Notes under the pieces: model-generated
The model's input: the letters and a program-made list of their open reading frames with translations, nothing else
Database searches by the model: none
What the model was told of the DNA's origin: nothing
Translations under genes and position numbers: made by a program
Assembly (NCBI GenBank): GCA_963696385.1
Contig: CAVOKF010000003.1
Location: 736,001-800,000 of the forward strand
Length of the DNA: 64,000 nucleotides
From: an uncultured delta proteobacterium
GTDB lineage: Bacteria; Myxococcota_A; Polyangia; Polyangiales; Polyangiaceae
Direction of reading: 5' to 3'
In this document: one piece after another, positions 58,804 through 64,000 of the stretch
Layout of the letters: each line of letters starts with the position of its first letter
Numbering within the stretch: position 1 is the stretch's first letter

Positions 58804-59847
58804 ATGAAGACGTTGCTCCGCAGCTTCGCGGTGTTCTCGGCGATCGCCTATCCGACAGCGCTCCTCGGAGTGGTCTTGGCGTTCCGATTTGTTGGGGAGC
58901 GCTGGTGGCTCACCGGTGCGGCACTCTATCTTCCGCGACTCGGATTCGCCGTGCCTTTGCCCTTCGTGGTCATTGCTCTCGTTCGCTATCGCATGCGATT
59001 GCTCCTTCTCGCGCAGCTCGCCGCGGGCGGCTTGGTTCTTTTTCCGCTCATGGGACTCGTGCTACCCAGCGCTCGCTCGCCCGCCGGCAGCGGACCGAGG
59101 ATGCGCGTGCTCAGCCTCAATGCCAACTCCGGATACTCGGGCACACGGGCTTTGCTCGAGGCCGTCGACCATTACTCCCCAGACCTTCTCGTCATGCAGG
59201 AGCTCGCCATCGGCGCGGACGATCCACTCATCCGAGAGCTCCAAGCTCGCTACGCGGCCGTGAATGCGACAGGACAATTCGTCGTCGCAAGCCGGTTTCC
59301 CCTGTCCAGCATTCAGGAGCCCCAAAAATTCCTTTACGGCAATCAGATGCACTCGCCCCGATACATGCGCTACGTCAGCGAGACGCCTCTCGGCAGGGTA
59401 GCAATTTACAATATCCATCCGGTCTCGCCCCGACAAGGCTTTTACCGAATCCGGGGCGCCGGGCTTCGCAATGAAATCGCCTCGGGACGATTGTTCGAAG
59501 GCGCAGCCGGCCCGGATGTTCAAGCCAACAGCGAGCTTCGAAAGGGCGAGCTTGACGTTCTCGCGGCGAGCACCCGCGCCGAAACGCTGCCCGTTCTCAT
59601 CGTCGGCGACACGAACCTGCCGGCGTTGAGCCCGTTGCTGGCGCAGTTCAACGACAGGTACCAAGACGGATTTCGCGAGGCAGGTTGGGGATTCGGTTAC
59701 ACCTTCCCGTCCAAACGCCCATGGATGCGCATCGATCGGATGTTCGCGGACTCAGCGCTGCGTTTCGAAGATTTCGAGGTCGGCTGCGCGGAGACTTCGG
59801 ACCACCTTTGCATCGTTGCGGATGTGAGCGCGCGCTCGTCGCGCTAG
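58804..59847 (+). CDS. Endonuclease/exonuclease/phosphatase (EEP) family membrane protein
   Basis: Three N-terminal TM helices; VLSLN, DLLVMQE, VGDTN, GYTFP, RIDR, SDH. Confidence 0.85.
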   Translation: MKTLLRSFAVFSAIAYPTALLGVVLAFRFVGERWWLTGAALYLPRLGFAVPLPFVVIALVRYRMRLLLLAQLAAGGLVLFPLMGLVLPSARSPAGSGPRMRVLSLNANSGYSGTRALLEAVDHYSPDLLVMQELAIGADDPLIRELQARYAAVNATGQFVVASRFPLSSIQEPQKFLYGNQMHSPRYMRYVSETPLGRVAIYNIHPVSPRQGFYRIRGAGLRNEIASGRLFEGAAGPDVQANSELRKGELDVLAASTRAETLPVLIVGDTNLPALSPLLAQFNDRYQDGFREAGWGFGYTFPSKRPWMRIDRMFADSALRFEDFEVGCAETSDHLCIVADVSARSSR

Positions 59848-59853
59848 CTATAG

Positions 59854-60282
59854 CTAGACGGGTGGCGGAACGCCGGTACGCCGCAACCGACGAACGCTCG
59901 GTCGGCTTGCGTGCTGCCCGTCGAGAAGCGTATCGACGTATTTGAGCAGCCGCTCGCGCGTGAATGGCTTCTTGAGAAACGCATTCGCACCGACCTCTTC
60001 GGCATGCGCCATGTCCTCGGGCGAACTGCGGTCACTTATGACCAGGACGGGAACGGCCTCAAACCTGGGATCCCTGCGAATGTACTCGCACAGCTCGAAG
60101 CCGGACTCTCGGGGCAACGCGAGGTCGAGGCAAACGAGGTGCGGCACCGAGCTCGCCAAGTAATTCACTGCTGCGCGATAATCCGCCACCATGTCGACTT
60201 GAAAGTGCTTCGCAAGCAGAATCCGGCGAATCTTTTCGCGAATTGGCGGATGATCTTGAACCAGCAGCACCGTCCTCGTCAT
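59854..60282 (-). CDS. Single-domain response regulator receiver (CheY-like, EpsW-like context)
   Basis: VLLVQDH, VCLDLALPRESGFELC, PVLVIS, GANAFLKKPF. Confidence 0.88.
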   Translation of the reverse strand: MTRTVLLVQDHPPIREKIRRILLAKHFQVDMVADYRAAVNYLASSVPHLVCLDLALPRESGFELCEYIRRDPRFEAVPVLVISDRSSPEDMAHAEEVGANAFLKKPFTRERLLKYVDTLLDGQHASRPSVRRLRRTGVPPPV

Positions 60283-60438
60283 GTCCCAATCCAACGCTTG
60301 ACGCTCGACACATCCATAGTCAGCCCCCCGGCGCGCGGCAGGCGCGCGCAGGTCCGTATCGTATTCGGTATGAGGCTACGCCGCCGTGTCCAGGTTGCGC
60401 AAGGCCCGACCTCCACGTTCGTCCCACCGGGACGAGCG

Positions 60439-61365
60439 TCAGCGTGGGTCGAGCCGCGAGCGCGCTTCCGACAGGACGTCCGCAAGCGCCTCCCGGATTG
60501 CGTGCTTTGGCTTCCAGCCGAGCCCCCGCAGTCTCGACGGATCGCCAACGAGGCTTGGAATGTCGACGGGACGGACGCGCTCGGGATCCAGCTCGATCCG
60601 AGCATCAAGACCGGACACCACGATGAGCTCTTCCACGATGCTGCGCATCGTGCGCCCTTCTCCGCTGCACACGTTGTACGCTTCACCCGACACCCCGCGC
60701 TCGACAAGCAGCCGATATGCCGCCACGACGTCTCGCACGTGCGAGAAATCGCGAATTGAAGAGAGATTTCCTACGCTGAGCACCCCCAGACCGCCCCTCA
60801 GGCGAACGTCCTCAAGCTGACGAGCGAAGGACGGTACCGAAAAATCCGTCCGCTGGCCACGGCCCAAATGGTTGAACGGCCGAGCCGCAACCACATCGAG
60901 TCCGTTCGATCGTCGAAATGCGAAGGCCGCAATCTCCGCTCCGGCCTTCGCGGCCGCGTATGGGCTCGTCGGCTCGAGCGGATCCGATTCGACTGCGCGC
61001 ACTCCGGGACGACCCTGCCCGTACATCTCACCGGAACCGACGACCAGCAGTCGCGCCTTCGGGGCTGCATCGCGCATCACGGCGCATAGGTTGATGACCC
61101 CGAGAAGGTTCACCCGAAATGTCTCCACAGGCATCACATGGCTTTGCGAGACCGAGCTCACGCCAGCGAGATTGATGACGGCGTCGGGCGCGAAGGGCGC
61201 GATAGCCTTGCGGAGCGCGATCCCATCGAGAACGTCCACGACGCGGTCCGCGCTCGACGTCGAGCCTGGTCCCGGGAGCGCTAAAACCTCGTCGCCGCAC
61301 ACCGTCAGGTGCTCAACGAGGTGAGGGCCGACAAAGCCCTCAGCGCCCGTGACGACGACACGCAT
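60439..61365 (-). CDS. rmd: GDP-4-keto-6-deoxy-D-mannose reductase-like SDR
   Basis: VTGAEGFVG, NLAGVSSV, GSGEMYG, PYAAAK, RPFNHLG, VGNL...RDF; directly downstream of gmd. Confidence 0.75.
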   Translation of the reverse strand: MRVVVTGAEGFVGPHLVEHLTVCGDEVLALPGPGSTSSADRVVDVLDGIALRKAIAPFAPDAVINLAGVSSVSQSHVMPVETFRVNLLGVINLCAVMRDAAPKARLLVVGSGEMYGQGRPGVRAVESDPLEPTSPYAAAKAGAEIAAFAFRRSNGLDVVAARPFNHLGRGQRTDFSVPSFARQLEDVRLRGGLGVLSVGNLSSIRDFSHVRDVVAAYRLLVERGVSGEAYNVCSGEGRTMRSIVEELIVVSGLDARIELDPERVRPVDIPSLVGDPSRLRGLGWKPKHAIREALADVLSEARSRLDPR

Positions 61366-61368
61366 CCG

Positions 61369-62388
<1,020 letters not shown>

Positions 62389-62510
62389 TCAACCGCAGAG
62401 GACCTCGCGTCCCAAACCGCGAGCGCGACCTTCGACTCTCCAACCGGGCGAGGCCCCCCCCTCTGACTCCCGCGCCAGCGCACAAAATGTTTGGCTCGGC
62501 GTCCGCGGAG

Positions 62511-62933
62511 CTAGCCTCGCCGCAGACGCCGCACGCTCGGCCGGCTTTCGTGCGGACCATCGAGCAGCGTGATCACGTATCGGAGCAATTTCTCGCGCGT
62601 GAACGGTTTCTTGAGAAACGCGTTTGCGCCAACATACTCGGCGTGCGCCATGTCCTCGGGCGACCCGCGTTCACTCATCAACAGCACGGGCAGGACCCGA
62701 AGCCGAGCGTCGCTCCGAATGTACTCGCATAGCTCGAATCCAGATTCTCTCGGCAGGGTGAGCTCCAAGCAGACGAGCGATGGAACAAATTTGGATAAAT
62801 ACTCGACGGCTCCATGGTAGTCCATCGCGGTCTCGACGTGAAAGTCTTGTCCGACCAGAGCCCTACGAATCATCTCGCGCTCGGGCGGGTGATCCTCCAC
62901 GAGCAGCACCGTCCGCTTCGCGTCTAGTTGCAT
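62511..62933 (-). CDS. Single-domain receiver, atypical (phosphoacceptor Asp replaced by Glu)
   Basis: VLLVEDH, VCLELTLPRESGFELC, GANAFLKKPF; close paralogue of 59854-60282. Confidence 0.85.
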   Translation of the reverse strand: MQLDAKRTVLLVEDHPPEREMIRRALVGQDFHVETAMDYHGAVEYLSKFVPSLVCLELTLPRESGFELCEYIRSDARLRVLPVLLMSERGSPEDMAHAEYVGANAFLKKPFTREKLLRYVITLLDGPHESRPSVRRLRRG

Positions 62934-62953
62934 CGCCTTCTACCCGCCGGCGT

Positions 62954-64000
62954 TCAGCTCGCGCCGCGCCCTGTCAGGACGACCGGTACCGTCTTCAAGA
63001 TCAGCTCGAAGTCATGCGCGAGACTCCAGTGATCGATATACTGCATATCCAAGTACATCCATTCCTCGAACGAGATCTGATTGCGACCACTGACTTGCCA
63101 GACGCACGTGAGGCCAGGACGAACGGACAGCCGGCGGCGCTGCCAAGCCTCGTACCGTGCCAGCTCCGATGGAACGGGGGGCCTGGGGCCGACGATGCTC
63201 ATCTCGCCGCGCACGACGTTAATGAGCTGCGGCAGCTCATCGATACTGAACTTCCGAATGAAACGACCGATTGCGGTGATGCGGGGATCCCGGGTCATCT
63301 TGAACACAGGCCCGGTCTGCTCGTTGTGCGACATCAACTTCGCCTTGAGCTCCTCGGCATTGACCACCATCGAACGGAACTTCAGCATGTTGAAGGGGCG
63401 CCCGTGGCGACCCGCGCGAACTTGCTTGAAAAGCACAGGGCCGCGCGACGTCATTTTGACCAGCACGGCCACAACGACCATCAGCGGCGACAGCAGCAAC
63501 AGCGCCAGCGACGCCGAAGTGATATCGAACAGCCGTTTGAACGCGAGCTGTACGGGTTTGTGGCGAATGCTGAGATAGTGAATGTACCCGTCGGCCACGG
63601 CCTTTTCGTGCTCGGGCCGCGCACGGCCGAAACGGAATCCTGCTGCTGGCAGCGCGAACGGAATGCCGAAGCGCTCAAGGACCCGAATGGCCGACTGCAT
63701 CTCGGTTCGGTGCGAGTCACTATTGCCGGCAATGAAGACTTCGCCAACAACATGCTTTTTCAGCACTTCCTCCAAGTCGTTCGCAACCCCGATGACCTCC
63801 GCGGGGAGTCGATCGTGAATGGGCTCGTCATTGAAACGCAGGTAGCCGACGACGCGGGTTTGACTATCCCGGTCGACGATTTCGAGGCCAGTGTGCCTAC
63901 CGAGGGGACCGGTCCCCATAATGAGAACCGGCTGCACCGGCTTCTCGCGCCTACGCAGCCACATGATCGTAAGCCGAAGCCAAATGATGCCCGGAACCGC
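62954..64000 (-). CDS. Polyprenyl-phosphate hexose-1-phosphate transferase (WcaJ/EpsZ-like initiating transferase), 5' truncated
   Basis: KRLFDI, KFRSM, DPRIT.IGRFIRKFSIDELPQLINV..GEMSIVGPRP, PGLTCVWQVSGR; frame open to the window edge. Confidence 0.95.
   Translation of the reverse strand, partial: AVPGIIWLRLTIMWLRRREKPVQPVLIMGTGPLGRHTGLEIVDRDSQTRVVGYLRFNDEPIHDRLPAEVIGVANDLEEVLKKHVVGEVFIAGNSDSHRTEMQSAIRVLERFGIPFALPAAGFRFGRARPEHEKAVADGYIHYLSIRHKPVQLAFKRLFDITSASLALLLLSPLMVVVAVLVKMTSRGPVLFKQVRAGRHGRPFNMLKFRSMVVNAEELKAKLMSHNEQTGPVFKMTRDPRITAIGRFIRKFSIDELPQLINVVRGEMSIVGPRPPVPSELARYEAWQRRRLSVRPGLTCVWQVSGRNQISFEEWMYLDMQYIDHWSLAHDFELILKTVPVVLTGRGAS

Overview
High-GC window, almost entirely one large Wzx/Wzy-type exopolysaccharide (EPS) locus (about 4.7 kb to the right edge). 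Its architecture resembles the myxobacterial eps locus; the Myxococcota/Polyangiales-like origin is my inference. The locus encodes: (1) an export module of short OPX/Wza, outer-membrane beta-barrel, PCP co-polymerase and BY-pseudokinase; (2) Wzx, Wzy and an initiating phosphoglycosyl transferase; (3) 10 glycosyltransferases; (4) UDP-xylose, GDP-6-deoxyhexose and amino-sugar nucleotide pathways; (5) many acyltransferases and esterases; (6) two paralogous single-domain receivers; (7) about nine secreted lipoproteins (GH44, GH16, two BNR propellers, SGNH, FGE-like, two orphans, a di-heme enzyme). The most unusual element is a tightly coupled operon at 21.9-26.5 kb: [LbH-FkbH fusion]-[LbH-ACP fusion]-[CysE-like LbH]-[WecB/TagA GT]. 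It looks like a thiotemplated glyceryl-transfer system for polysaccharide decoration. Second is a MauG/bCcP-superfamily di-heme lipoprotein with non-canonical ligand motifs, coupled to an orphan partner lipoprotein. Three genes carry single-base +1 frameshifts, probably sequencing errors. An unannotated 59-aa membrane protein lies directly behind wzy. The left end holds a partial RND transporter, a CDP-alcohol phosphotransferase, DUF420 and PPK2. I recognised no RNA genes, mobile elements or CRISPR arrays. All calls come from motif recognition by eye; no searches were run.
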